A model generated the notes under the pieces. That model saw only the letters and a program-made list of their open reading frames with translations. It was not told the DNA's origin and made no database searches. Source: Eledone cirrhosa (taxonomy: Eukaryota). From it: 57,977 nucleotides of DNA. The stretch spans positions 1-57,977 of the forward strand of contig CAXHJY010000922.1 of assembly GCA_964016885.1 (NCBI GenBank), given 5' to 3'. Positions 42,264 to 55,795 of this stretch are shown piece after piece; within the stretch, counting starts at the first letter, position 1, and every line of letters starts with the position of its first letter. The translations under genes and the position numbers were made by a program.

Positions 42264-42652
42264 TTCCCCTGTTAATGTCCACTTATTTCCACAATTGCCG
42301 TTATACAACTACATAGTTTCAGTCCCCCTGTAATTGTAAAGTGACAGCTGTGGAAATGGGTGGACACTAACAGGGAAACTGAAACTATGTAGTTGTATAA
42401 TGACTTGTGGAAATAAGTGGACACAAAAAGGGAGACTGAAACTATGTAGTTGTATAGTAACTGTTGTGGAAATAAGTGGACATTAACGGGGATTGAAACT
42501 GCTCAGCTATTTCCACAGCTGTCACTATACAACTACAGTCTCAATCCTTCTGTTAATGTCCAGCTATTTCTGTAACAGTCACTATACAACCACATAGTTT
42601 CAGTCCCCCTATTAGTGTCCACCTATTTCCACAGCTGTCACTTTACAATTAC
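42264..42652. repeat. ~57-bp units in alternating orientation (foldback-like)
   Basis: gtggaaataagtggaca..aa..ggg..actgaaactatgtagttgtata x3 forward, flanked by reverse-complement copies on both sides. Confidence 0.8.
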
Positions 42653-45275
42653 ATTCTTCTGCTTGGTGTTGTTTATCGCGCCCCCCCCGACTACCATCAG
42701 GACACACAGCTTTGCAATATCCTCAGAGTTGCTACCAAGAAAACAGCCACTTATGTGTTTATTGCAGGTGACTTCAATCATCCTGAGATCGATTGGGAAA
42801 CCTTTTGTTGGCCACAAGGTGCAAACGATTTCCTTGAACTAGTGCTGGACTCAAACTGGTCACAAGTAGTCACCTCTCCAACAAGAGGTGACAACACTTT
42901 GGACCTGATCTTCACCACTACTCCTGAAGTGGTTATCAGTTGTACTACTGAGGAACCTCTAGGCAACTCTGATCATGCTATGATCGTTGCCAATTTGGCT
43001 CTTGCGGGCAGCAACAAAAACCAGAGCCATCTCCAATCTGCTTGCTTTGATTGGAAGAAAGCAGATTGGAACTTGTACTGCACTGAGCTACAGTGCCCAA
43101 ACTGGCATGAGATGTATAACTCTGGAGATGTGAACACTATACTAGAGCATCCTGGACTCAATATGGATAGCGTGTGCAGCATCGGTGCCACGTAAGCAGA
43201 AAAAAACCCACCCCAAAAAGTGCAATTTGGGAAACTTTAGCGGTCCGACTTGCCAGGAAAGAACGTCGGAACGCTGAACGGGAATATAAACTGCATAGAT
43301 CAGATGCCAACAGAAAAAAGCGGAATAAATCTTCTAACCATCTGAAGCAAGTGACAAAGAAGGCAGTGCTTGAATTTGAACAGTGCATAGCAACCAATCC
43401 TGACAGTAAGGTGTTCTGGAAATATGTTCATTCAAAGCAGAGACCTCACTCTCCAGTTGGTCCTCTTCGCAATCCCCACACAAGCCAGATCACTGACGAT
43501 CCCAAAGAATGCGTGGAACTCATTGCTGAGTGCTATGCAAGTATTTTTACTGTTGAAAACCAGAATATACCATCTCCACCATCTCTAACATCAAATTCCA
43601 TAACAACTATGGAATTTACACCTGCAATATTGCGACGTCACCTTAAGAATAAGCGCAACTATGCCTCCCCTGGTCTTGATGGTGTTACATACCTGCTTCT
43701 CAAACGTGGCGGGTATTTCCTTTTGTGCCAGCTTTCTTTCTTTCAATACTGTCTCAACAATGGTGCTACTCCGGAGCAGTGGAAAACTGCCAGTGTCATT
43801 CCCCTGTTCAAAAAGGGCAACCGCATGTCACCTGTCAACTATCGTCCAGTCAGTCTTACTAGCTGTATTGCCAAACTGATGGAATCCTGTGTCAGAGAAA
43901 TACTTTGGAACTTCTGGAGCTCTCACAGCCTCATCCTCGCAGTTTGGATTTATCCCTAATTCCAGCTGCTGTGATCAGCTTATCGAGTTCCTTGAAGACA
44001 TTACCTGGATCACTGACAGCGGCTCATGGGTGGATGTTGTTTACCTTGACTTCGCTAAGGCTTTTAATTCTGTGCCACACAAAAGATTTATCGCAAAACT
44101 CTCTGCAATGGGTGTGAGGGATGATCTTTTCGACTGGTTGAAATCCTTCATTCTCAGCCGAAAAGAGGTAGTCACGGTTCTAGCACAGCATTCTTCACCA
44201 TATGAGATGTCATCTGGTGTACCACAGGGATCTGTTCTTGGTCCCCTTTTGTTTGTGGCATATATTAATGACATAGATGCCAACTTAAAGAACGCCACAA
44301 TACTGAAATATGCAGATGACATCAAGCTGTACCTTGAAATCAAAAGGACAGATCCTGAAATCTATAACTCTTTCCTACAATCATACCTGGACACAATGCA
44401 GCAATGGATCACCGACTGGCAACTGAAGCTGGCTGTGGACAAGTGTACCACCATGCATTTTGGGAGGAAAAATCCAGCGTCCACATACTCCCTCCACAAC
44501 ACTGATATCAAGAAGTCCTCTTGTGAACGTGACCTGGGCATTACTGTCAGCAGCGATTTACGTTGGACAAAGCATGTCTCTAAGATTGTCAAGAAGGCCG
44601 AGGGTGTCTTGGCATCACTCAGCAAGACCTTTGTTAGCCGCTCTCCAGCCATCTATTTAAAACTGTATACAGCTATGGTACGACCACACTTGGAATTCGC
44701 ATCATCAGTCTGGAACCCCTATCTTGCTCAGAACATTGACCTCCTGGAAACTGTTTAGAGACGTGCAACCAAGCGCATACCCTCCATCAGACACCTACCA
44801 TACTCTGAACGCCTTGCTTCCCTGGGCATGGATTCATTGAAGCTCCGACGTCTGGCATTGGACTTGGTAAATACCCACAAAGTTATTAACCATCTTGCCA
44901 ATTGCAACCCTGAGCACCTTTTTGATCTCCATGTGTCTAACACACGTGGATATGCCTACAAAATCAGAAAACAGCACAGCTCCCATGACTTTCGTAAACA
45001 TTTTTTCACACTCAGAGTTGTTGAAGCATGGAACAAACTGCCTGCGTCAGTTGTTAGCTGCTGAGACACTGCATCCTTTAAGACACTCATGCTTCCTGAA
45101 ATACGCCAAAACTACACCTGATGTACTCCTTCCATACACATGCACACGTGTATATCATGACTCTTGCACTGTTCATTTTCGTGACGTTTGTACATTACCC
45201 TATGTACTATACATACACTTTTTGATGAGTTGTAGTGCACCTGAGCACTGTACACAATATTTCATTATTATTATT
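42652..45275 (+). mobile_element. CR1-clade LINE ORF2 (endonuclease + RT), disrupted
   Basis: GVVYR, GDFNHPEIDW, PTRGDNTLDLIF, LGNSDH, NYRPVSLTS, DFAKAF, GVPQGSVLGP and YADD; frameshifts and stops; (ATT)n tail. Confidence 0.95.
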
Positions 45276-45279
45276 GTTT

Positions 45280-45465
45280 AAGGATTGATCCCACTGTGTG
45301 GTTCTTTGGGCATGTGCCTTCCACTGTAGTTTTGGGCTGACTGACGATTTGTCAATGAATTCGGTCAATGAAAACTATGCAGACGTCTATTGTATGTGTG
45401 TGTGTGTGTGTGTGTGTGTGCACATGTATCTCTTTGCTTGTGTCTTTGTGATGACACTGTTTAAG
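45280..45465 (+). mobile_element. Degenerate SINE-like sequence with a (TG)n tract
   Basis: Resembles SINE bodies I recall from octopus DNA; not verifiable within the window. Confidence 0.4.
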
Positions 45466-45612
45466 CAAACAATAATCTTTTTTTTTTTCACTTTAGTCAG
45501 AGAGGGAAGGCTTAGTGCTTCTGAGATTGTTGGAAAGGAAGAACTATCCTTAAACTAGAAATCTAGTCTGAATGTTTGCAACAAAATAGACTTCAAGGAC
45601 CAGGTGGTGGTG

Positions 45613-47513
45613 TTAATAATAATAATGAAAATATTGTGTACAGTGCTCAGGTGCACTACAACTCATCAAAAGTGTATGTATAGTACATAGGGTAATGTAC
45701 AAACGTCAGGAAAATGAACAGTGCTTGAGTCATGATATACACGTGTGCATGTGTATGGAAGGGGTACATCAGGTGTAGTTTGGGCGAATTTCGGGGAGCA
45801 TGGGGGTTTTAAAGGATGCAGTGTCTCGGCAGCTAACAACTGACGCAGGCAGTTTGTTCCATGCTTCAGCAACTCTGAGCGTGAACAAATGATTCCGAAA
45901 GTCATGGGAGCTGTGCTGTTTTCTGATTTTGTAGGCATGTCCACGTGTGTTAGACACATGGAGATAAAAAAGGTGCTCAGGGTTGTTGTTGGCGAGATGG
46001 TTAATAGCTTTGTGGGTGTTTACCAAGTCCATTGCCAGATGTCGGAGCTTCAATGAATCCATGCCCAGGGAAGCAAGGCGTTCTGAGTATGGTAGGTGTC
46101 TGATGGAGGGTATGCGCTTGGTTGCACGTCTCTGAACAGTTTCCAAGTCAATGTTCTGAGCAAAATAGGGGTTCCAGACTGATGATGCGAATTCTAAGTG
46201 TGATCGTACCATAGCTGTATACAGCTTTAAATAAATGGCTGGAGAGTGGCTAACAAAGGTCTTGCTGAGTGATGCCAAGACACCCTCGGCCTTCTTGACA
46301 ATTTTAGAGATGTGCTTTGTCCAACGCAAATCACTGCTGACAGTAATGCCCAGGTCACGTTCACAAGAGGACTTCTTGATATCAGTGTTGTGGAGGGAGT
46401 ATGTGGACGCTGGATTTTTCCTCTCAAAATGCATGGTGGTACACAGCCAGCTTCAGTTGCCAGTCTGTGATCCATTGCTCCATTGCTGCATTGTGCCCAG
46501 GTCTGATTGTAGGAAAGAGTTATAGATTTCAGGATCTGTCCTTTTGATTTCAAGGTACAGCTTGATGTCATCTGCATATTTCAGTATTGTGGCATTCTTT
46601 AAGTTGGCATCTATGTCATTAATATATGCCACAAACAAAAGGGGACCAAGAACAGATCCCTGTGGTACACCAGATGACATCTCATATGGTGAAGAATGCT
46701 GTGCTAGAACCGTGACTACCTCTTTTCGGCTGAGAATGAAGGATTTCAACCAGTTAAAAAGATCATCCTTCACACCCATTGCAGAGAGTTTCGCCATAAG
46801 TCTTTTGTGTGGCACAGAATTAAAAGCCTTAGCGAAGTCAAGGTAAACAACATCCACCCATGAGCCGCTGTCAGTGATCCGGGTAATGTCTTTAAGGAAC
46901 TCGATAAGCTGATCACAGCAGCTGGAGTTAGGGATAAATCCAAATTGCGAGGGCCGGATGAGGCTGTGAGAGCTCCAGAAGTTCCAAAGTATTTCTCTGA
47001 CACAGGATTCCATCAGTTTGGCCATACAGCTAGTAAGATTGACTGGACGATAGTTGACAGGTGACATGCGGTTGCCCTTTTTGAACAGGGGAATGACACT
47101 GGCAGTTTTCCACTGCTCCGGAGTAGCACCATTGTTGAGACAGTATTGAAAGAAAGAAAGCTGGCACAAAAGGAAATACCCGCCACGTTTGAGAAACAGG
47201 TATGTAACACCATCAAGACCAGGGGAGGCATAGTTGCGCTTATTCTTAAGGTGACGTCGCAGCATTGCTGGTGTAAATTCCATAGTTGTTATGGAATTTG
47301 ATGTTAGAGATGGTGGAGATGGTACATTCTGGTTTTCAACAGTAAAAATGCTTGCATATCACACAGCAGTGAGTTCTGCGCATTCTTTGGGATCGTCAGT
47401 GATCAGGCTTGTGTGGGGATTGCGAAGAGGACCAACTGGAGAGTGAGGTCTCTGCTTTGAATGAACATATTTCCAGAACACCTTACTGTCAGGATTGGTT
47501 GCTATGCACTGTT
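45613..47513 (-). mobile_element. CR1-clade LINE, 5'-truncated
   Basis: High identity to 43380-45273; RT motifs; (ATT)n tail. Confidence 0.95.
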
Positions 47514-48645
47514 AAACTAAGTGACAGATTAAATATACTCTCCGAAATGCTGTATAAGCATACCCTTTAGCTTAGCTTAGTTTGACAAAGATCAATGAAA
47601 TAAGTAACACATTTAAAAATAAAGTATGAGTTGGTATCAGGAAAGGTATCCAACTGTAGAATACTGCTAAAAAAAATGTCTCGGCCATTTTTACTCCACT
47701 GAATGCATAGAGCTTTGTATCATGATTCATTGAATTGCTGAATGCCCATCTTAATTAGATTATAAAAGGTTTGGGGTGAGTCAATGATATATGGCCAACA
47801 GTGATCTTATGTGGGCTGGTATGAAAAGGGTGAAGAAAATGACAAGAATTGCTGATGTATCTTAATCAGATACCTAACAAAAATGTATATAAATTTGAAC
47901 TCAACCTTTTTCAGTATTCAAAACTAAATGTTGTTAAAGATATTTAAAACTTAGTTGTTATATTTGGGGAGGGTCATGTTATAATATTGCCAGATATTAA
48001 AAGTCTGTGATTGCTTGCTTGCATGTCAGTAATGTAATACAGCCAAAAGGGTGCATTATGGTAAAATACTTTGAAAAGAAGTTGCCCCTGAAATGGGAAC
48101 ACAAATGGAATAAAACAAGTTTAAATATAAATCGAAGCACAAGTTCCCGAGATATGGGGTTTTTCCAGGTACCTTCATAAACAAAGAGAGAGGAAGGGAT
48201 AGTGGTTGTGACAGTAGATTGAAAGAGAGACATAGTGAGAGGGAGAGGAGACAGAGAAGGAGAATGGAAGAGAGCTGGTGGTGGTGTTGTGTATATATAT
48301 ACATGTGAGTGTGTGTGTGTATATAGAAATGTGTGTGTGTGTGTCTATGACCACTGTATATAGATCACAGACACCCTCATATATATGTATACACACATTT
48401 ATATATACATACACACACGTATATATATGGTCCTTCCAGTTTCATTTCACATTATGTACATGTCTGTGTATATTTTAATTATTTAAAAATTATTTTTAAA
48501 TGAACATGATTTAAAAAAAAATATTTTGAAGTGAACATGACCCAAAGGGTCATGGGTGGTCTAGTATATAATAAAACACACTCACTGTTTGGTTTGGGTT
48601 GGTTTTATTGATTCAGCTGGTTTATCATTGATTGACCAACAGTTA

Positions 48646-48712
48646 AAAATATAGATATATAGTCTTTCAGAGTTCTTTCGTCACACACCTGTGACATCAT
48701 CAGTGATATTTT
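48646..48712 (-). ncRNA. Hammerhead-like motif (imperfect)
   Basis: UCA-CUGAUGA-U-gucaca(ggug)ugugac-GAAA-gaac-UC-UGA; 6-bp stem II; 3-bp stem I extendable by aaaaua/uauuuu. Confidence 0.55.
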
Positions 48713-48938
48713 CTGTTAAGATTAACAATTGTTTATGAATTTAGTAAAGATTGTGTTGATAATAATAATTCACTTGTTAATAATATTTGATTGTAATTAA
48801 GTGGGTAATTAGAACTTAGATTAGAATATATTAATATATTTAGTTGATGCTGTTCCTTGTGTAAAAATTGACTTTGTGCTTGGTATTATATAAAATTATT
48901 AATAAAATATATAATCATCAGTATTATTTAATATCATT

Positions 48939-49220
48939 ATCCTTACGGGGGTCGATAAAATAAAGTACCAGTAATGCACTGGGTAATTGCTGGCCTTGTG
49001 CCTAAAGTAGAAACAATTATTATATAGGCAGTTTAGCAAATGTAGCACATTCGATGTACATACTTTACATTACAAGCATAGTTACATCCCTTTACGTTCT
49101 GAGTTCAAATACCGCCGAGGTTAACTTTCCCTTTCATCCTTACGGGGTCGATAAAATAAAGTACCAGTAATGTACTGGGTAATTGCTGGCCTTGTGCTAA
49201 AAGTAGAAACAATTATTATA
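48939..49220 (+). mobile_element. SINE copy preceded by a duplicate of its own 3' end
   Basis: gttctgagttcaaataccgccgagg (B-box-like); the 3' part occurs at 48939 and 49137. Confidence 0.8.
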
Positions 49221-49221
49221 T

Positions 49222-52200
49222 AAAATCATTAGTCTGAAATTATTAGTAATATATAAAATCATTAGTATTATGAAATCATTAGTATTATATGAAATCGTCA
49301 GTATTATATGAAATCATTAGTATTATTTGAAATAGTCAGTATTATATGAAATCATTAGTATTATTTGAAATAGTCAGTATTATATGAAATCATTAGTATT
49401 ATATGAAATAGTCAGTATTATATGAAATCATTAGTATTATTTGAAATTATTAGTATTTACATGAAATTGGTAATATTATTTAAAATTGGTAATATTATTT
49501 AAAATTGGTAATATTATTTAAAATTGGTAGTAATATTTAAAATTGGTAGTAATATTTAAAATTGGTAGTAATATTTAAAATTGGTAGTAATATTTAAAAT
49601 TGGTAATATTATTTAAAATTGGTAATATTTAAAATTGGTAATATTTAAAATTGGTAATATTATTTAAAATTGGTAATATTATTTAAAATTGGTAGTAATA
49701 TTTAAAATTGGTAATATTATTTAAAATTGGTAATATTATTTAAAATTGGTAATATTATTTAAAATTGGTAATATTTAAAATTGGTAGTATTATTTAAAAT
49801 TGGTGGTAATATTTAAAATTGGTAATATTATTTTAAATTGGTAGTAATATTTAAAATTGGTAGTAATATTTAAAATTGGTAATATTTAAAATTGGTAATA
49901 TTTAAAATTGGTAATATTATTTAAAATTGGTAATATTATTTAAAATTGGTAATATTATTTAAAATTGGGAATATTATTTAAAATTGGTAATATTTAAAAT
50001 TGGTAGTAATATTTAAAATTGGTGGTAATATTTAAAATTGGTAATATTATTTTAAATTGGTAGTAATATTTAAAATTGGTAGTAATATTTAAAATTGGTA
50101 ATATTTAAAATTGGTAATATTTAAAATTGGTAATATTATTTAAAATTGGTAATATTATTTAAAATTGGTAGTAATATTTAAAATTGGTAATATTATTTAA
50201 AATTGGTAATATTATTTAAAATTGGTAATATTATTTAAAATTGGTAATATTTAAAATTGGTGGTAATATTTAAAATTGGTGGTAATATTTAAAATTGGTA
50301 ATATTATTTTAAATTGGTAGTAATATTTAAAATTGGTAATATTATTTAAAATTGGTAGTAATATTTAAAATTGGTAATATTATTTAAAATTGGTAATATT
50401 ATTTAAAATTGGTAGTAATATTTAAAATTGGTAGTAATATTTAAAATTGGTAGTATTATTTAAAGTTGCTAGTAATATTTAAAATTGGTAATATTATTTA
50501 AAATTGGTAGTAATATTTAAAATTGGTAATATTATTTAAAATTGATAGTAATATTTAAAATTGGTAATATTATTTAAAATTGGTAATATTATTTAAAATT
50601 GGTAGTAATATTTAAAATTGGAAGTATTATTTAAAATTGGTAATATTATTTAAAATTGGTAATATTATTTAAAATTGGTAATATTATTTAAAATTGGTAG
50701 TAATATTTAAAATTGGTAATATTATTTAAAATTGGTAGTAATATTTAAAATTGGTAGTAATATTTAAAATTGGTAGTAATATTTAAAATTGGTAATATTA
50801 TTTAAAATTGGTAATATTATTTAAAATTGGTAATATTATTTAAAATTGGTAATATTATTTAAAATTGGTAATATTTAAAATTGGTAGTAATATTTAAAAT
50901 TGGTAGTAATATTTAAAATTGGTAATATTATTTAAAATTGGTAGTAATATTTAAAATTGGTAATATTATTTAAATTGGTAATATTATTTAAAATTGGTAA
51001 TATTATTTAAAATTGGTAGTAATATTTAAAATTGGTAATATTATTTAAAATTGGTAATATTATTTAAAATTGGAAGTATTATTTAAAATTCGTAATATTA
51101 TTTAAAATTGGTAATATTATTTAAAATTGGTAATATTATTTAAAACTGGTAGTAATATTTAAAATTGGATGTATTATTTAAAATTGGTAATATTATTTAA
51201 AATTGGTAGTATTATTTAAAATTGGTAGTATTATTTAAAATTGGCAGTAATATTTAAAATTGGTAGTATTATTTAAAATTGGTAATATTATTTAAAATTG
51301 GTAGTAATATTTAAAATTGGTAATATTATTTAAAATTGATAGTAATATTTAAAATTGGTAATATTATTTAAAATTGGTAATATTATTTAAAATTGGTAAT
51401 ATTATTTAAAATTGGTAGTAATATTTAAAATTGGTAATATTATTTAAAATTGATAGTAATATTTAAAATTGGTAATATTATTTAAAATTGGTAATATTAT
51501 TTAAAATTGGTAATATTATTTAAAATTGGTAGTAATATTTAAAATTGGTAGTATTATTTAAAATTGGTAGTATTATTTAAAATTGGTAATATTATTTAAA
51601 ATTGGTAATATTATTTAAAATTGGTAATATTATTTAAAATTGGTAATATTATTTAAAATTGGTAATATTATTTAAAATTGGAAGTATTATTTAAAATTGG
51701 TAATATTATTTAAAATTGGTAATATTATTTAAAATTGGTAATATTATTTAAAATTGGTAGTAATATTTAAAATTGGTAGTATTATTTAAAATTGGCAGTA
51801 ATATTTAAAATTGGTAGTATTATTTAAAATTGGTAATATTATTTAAAATTGGTAGTAATATTTAAAATTGGTAATATTATTTAAAATTGATAGTAATATT
51901 TAAAATTGGTAATATTATTTAAAATTGGTAATATTATTTAAAATTGGTAATATTATTTAAAATTGGTAATATTATTTAAAATTGGTAGTAATATTTAAAA
52001 TTGGTAGTATTATTTAAAATTGGTAGTATTATTTAAAATTGGTAATATTATTTAAAATTGGTAATATTATTTAAAATTGGTAATATTATTTAAAATTGGT
52101 AATATTATTTAAAATTGGTAGTAATATCTAAAATTGGAAGTATTATTTAAAATTGGTAATATTATTTAAAATTGGTAATATTATTTAAAATTGGTAATAT

Positions 52201-53060
52201 TATTTAAAATTGGTAGTAATATTTAAAATTGGTAATATTATTTAAAATTGGTAGTAGTAATATTTAAAATTGGTAGTATTATTTAAAATTGGTAATATTA
52301 TTTAAAATTGGTAATATTATTTAAAATTGGTAATATTATTTAAAATTGGTAATATTTAAAATTGGTAGTAATATTTAAAATTGGTAGTAATATTTAAAAT
52401 TGGTAATATTATTTAAAATTGGTAGTAATATTTAAAATTGGTAATATTTAAAATTGGTAGTAATATTTAAAATTGGAAGTATTATTTAAAATTGGTAATA
52501 TTATTTAAAATTGGTAATATTATTTAAAATTGGTAGTATTATTTAAAATTGGTAGTATTATTTAAAATTGGTAATATTATTTAAAATTGGTAATATTATT
52601 TAAAATTGGTAATATTATTTAAAATTGGTAATATTATTTAAAATTGGTAGTAATATTTAAAATTGGAAGTATTATTTAAAATTGGTAATATTATTTAAAA
52701 TTGGTTTTATTATTTAAAATTGGTAATATTATTTAAAATTGGTAGTATTATTTAAAATTGGTAGTATTATTTAAAATCATTAGTATTATTTAAAATTGGT
52801 AATATTATTTAAAATTGGTAATATTATTTAAAATTGGTAATATTATTTAAAATTGGTAGTAATATTTAAAATTGGTAGTATTATTTAAAATCATTAGTAT
52901 TATTTAAAATTGCTAGTATGATTTAAAATCATTAGTATTATTTAAAATTGGTAGATAAAATAAAGTACCAGCAATGCGCTGGGTAATTGCTGGCCTTGTG
53001 CCTAAAGTAGAAACAAATATTTAAAATCATTAGTATTATTTAAAATTGGTAGTATTATAT
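49222..53060. repeat. 19-bp satellite (with 16-bp variants), ~200 copies
   Basis: Unit ttggtaatattatttaaaa; edge variant tcattagtattatatgaaa. Confidence 0.98.
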
Positions 53061-53142
53061 TAAGATAGTTATGGAATTGTGAAATCATTATATTAAAATT
53101 ATGGATTTGTTGTGAATAAAACTAAGATTTATTCATCAACAT

Positions 53143-53443
53143 CAGAGGTTCTCAAAGTGGGCACTACTGCCCCCTGGAGGGCATTGAGAAGGTCCCAGTG
53201 GGGCACAAGGGGGCAGTAGCGATATAATAGTATATTAAATATCAAATGAAACATATTATATATATAAAGTAAAATGAAAAAATATATATTTATTTATATA
53301 TAGTATATAATATATTATATTATTTATTATATATTATTTACAATTTGCATGTAGGCAGGTATCTCTGGAAATAGTGGTGGGGGCGCTGAGGGTATTACGT
53401 GGCCCTGAAGGCGGCAGTGGCCCCAAAACTTTGAGAACCCCTG
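53143..53443. mobile_element. hAT (Charlie-like) MITE, 301 bp
   Basis: TIRs cagaggttctcaaagt / actttgagaacccctg; exact 8-bp TSD atcaacat at 53135-53142 and 53444-53451. Confidence 0.92.
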
Positions 53444-54372
53444 ATCAACATCAACATTCAATAACATTCTTCACAATAATATATTCTTCACAATAATATT
53501 TTCTTATGTTTTGTGATTGCAAATGTTGGATTGCTACTGCATAGATTCAAACAAAACATTTCTATTTTTTTAACACAGTTGGATGTTGATTAGTAAGCAA
53601 TTTGGTTACCAATTCAATTAGGTCAAGAAAGTACATAAAAACCAAAATACATCATCAGAATGTAGAGTATGTTCCTCAACTAGGACCATACACTAAAACA
53701 GTGAATCTGAATTTTACCTAGTTGTTTAATCAGTCATCTAGAGTTTAATCTGAGGCTAAACAGTGTTACTTGTTCTTTTTTTTCCATTGCATTCTTATCA
53801 TCTGAACATTCACCATTCTTACAACATGTTGTTTCTCTCAAGCTTTTTCAAACCACCTCCTTCTTTCAAGAACTTGCTGAATAGATGTTCAGTTTATCTC
53901 TCTACTAGATATCAGCAGCAGTAACTGCTACTTGAATCACTTGTTTCTTTTATCTGTCTTATTATCTGTCTCTGCCACCTAAAACATCTTTTATAAGTGA
54001 CATTGTTGTTTTTATTCTCAGATGTTATCTATTGTAAATTAGCTGTATTCAGCCTAAAGTATTTCGCAAGTATGGACCAGCTGTTGATAAATACTGCCCG
54101 ATTTTTAAATTTCTTTAAACAATTATATTGAATCTAAAAAATGTTAGCAGTTCCACAAATTCTACTTATTTTAGACTGGGAAAGCTTAAGAAAAGTACCA
54201 TTTCTGAATCACTGTACTTAAAAAAACAAACAGCTATTTCATACAAACCAGTTCCTCACAATTTAAACACAACTGATATGTGTTCTACAGTTCAAAACCA
54301 ATATTTAGTTAAGACTATTTTTCAGTTAGTCATTTTAAATTGACATTTACTCTCAAGTAATAACTATGTCAT

Positions 54373-54692
54373 TCATCACCATCATTTAACATGTTTTTGC
54401 TACTAGCAAGGTTTGAACTGGTCAAGTCAGTACTTAAGCAAAGCTACTGACCTCTTAAATTGGTTGGTGGTGGTGGGGTCTATTTCACTTATGTTCTTGT
54501 ATTCTATCGGATGGTAAGGCAGGCCAGGGGTAGGCACGCACCTCACATACAAAACGTTCTCACACTGTAGTGAATGTGGCACCAGCACTAAAGTTGTCAT
54601 ATCTTTGACACAGCTGAAGAATCCTGACTCTTTGTTTGGTAAGTTTTATACAGCTGGATGCCCTTTATATCACCAACCACTTTACAGAGTAA
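54373..54692 (-). mobile_element. Decayed RTE 3'UTR
   Basis: catcaccatcatttaac tail and cagctggatgccc...caccaaccactttaca motif. Confidence 0.6.
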
Positions 54693-55179
54693 ATCACAAA
54701 TGTTATAAACAGAAATACTGAAACAAATACCCCAAAGTACTTAAAAATCAAGTAACACAGTTTTGTTGAATCACATCGCTGACACTTGTTTCAACTAATT
54801 TGGAAGCCACTGAGCCATAAAATTGCATTAGTCTCTTCATATCTGGTTAGTTTGTTCTGTAGTATATTCACATTTTAAAATAATTAGTGTAAAATGTACT
54901 TGTTTACAATAACACTAACCAACACACATTTTGGTGTCTATTTGGGTAAATTTGGGCACATATGCCACCAGTTTTGTCCTATAAGCTCTAGTTTTGGAGA
55001 TACATCAAGTTAAGTGATTTAAAAAAAAAGAGGAAGGAAAAATATTTCAATAGTTTATATAAAAATAAACAGTGGTAAAGTGGGACCAGAGAAAGTGGGA
55101 TATATATATGATGGCAAATTACTGCTGGTACCTTCAGGGAAATAACACTTTAGAAAGTCATATATAAGAAATTTCTTTT

Positions 55180-55345
55180 TTGTATTGAATCACCCATCAT
55201 CTTATATGGTTTATGTAATGAACCACTCATTACCTTATATGGTTTATGTATTGAATTACCGATCATCTTAAATGGTCTATGTATTGAATCACTGATCATC
55301 TTATATGGTTTATGTAATGAATGACTGATCATCTTATCTGGTTTG
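55180..55345. repeat. 33-bp minisatellite x5
   Basis: atcatcttatatggtttatgtaatgaatcactg. Confidence 0.85.
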
Positions 55346-55632
55346 TTTAATTTTGAGTTACATAGATTCCACATTTTGTGCTGAAATAAACTGATGTAGT
55401 TGTCTTAATAGCATTAAATTGCTGTTTTTGTTTCAAAATTAGAACTGACAGGGCAAATCTGATGCCGTTGGTTCAGATATACCCCAAAAGATGTCTGAAT
55501 TCTAAAATGTAAAGGTACTACTGAAGTCTTTAATTTTAGTAGCTATATCAACATATCTAAAACCAACATATCTGAAACTAGAAGTGATAAAGCAAAACTG
55601 ATGGTATATTTGGAATTAGCGCCCCATATATG

Positions 55633-55795
55633 TATAGGCAGTGAATTGCCAAAGTCGTTAGAGTGATGGATAGAATACTTTGCAGTATTTGTTCCAACTC
55701 TCTGCTCTCTGAGTTCAAATCTTGTTGAGGTCAACTTTGCCTTTCATCCTTTTGAGGTTGATAAAAAAAGTATCAGTCTAGTATTAGGGTCAATT
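55633..55795 (+). mobile_element. SINE copy
   Basis: ctgagttcaaatc..gaggtcaactttgcctttcatcc, as at 49097-49140. Confidence 0.75.

Noticed and set aside
45336-45385. CTGACGA...GAAA hammerhead-like spacing on the + strand
   Set aside because: Stems I and II do not pair convincingly; it looks like a SINE body.
55150-55374. 74-aa ORF with 11-aa repeats, and ORFs at 56911-57168
   Set aside because: Products of minisatellites with unit lengths divisible by 3; no splice or homology support.
55452-55512. Possible next KDM6A exon (ag|ggcaaat..., WANLMPLVQIYP)
   Set aside because: In-frame TAA within ~20 codons and no match to the expected AIKAFQ..LY.DP.F....E.HLRLG.
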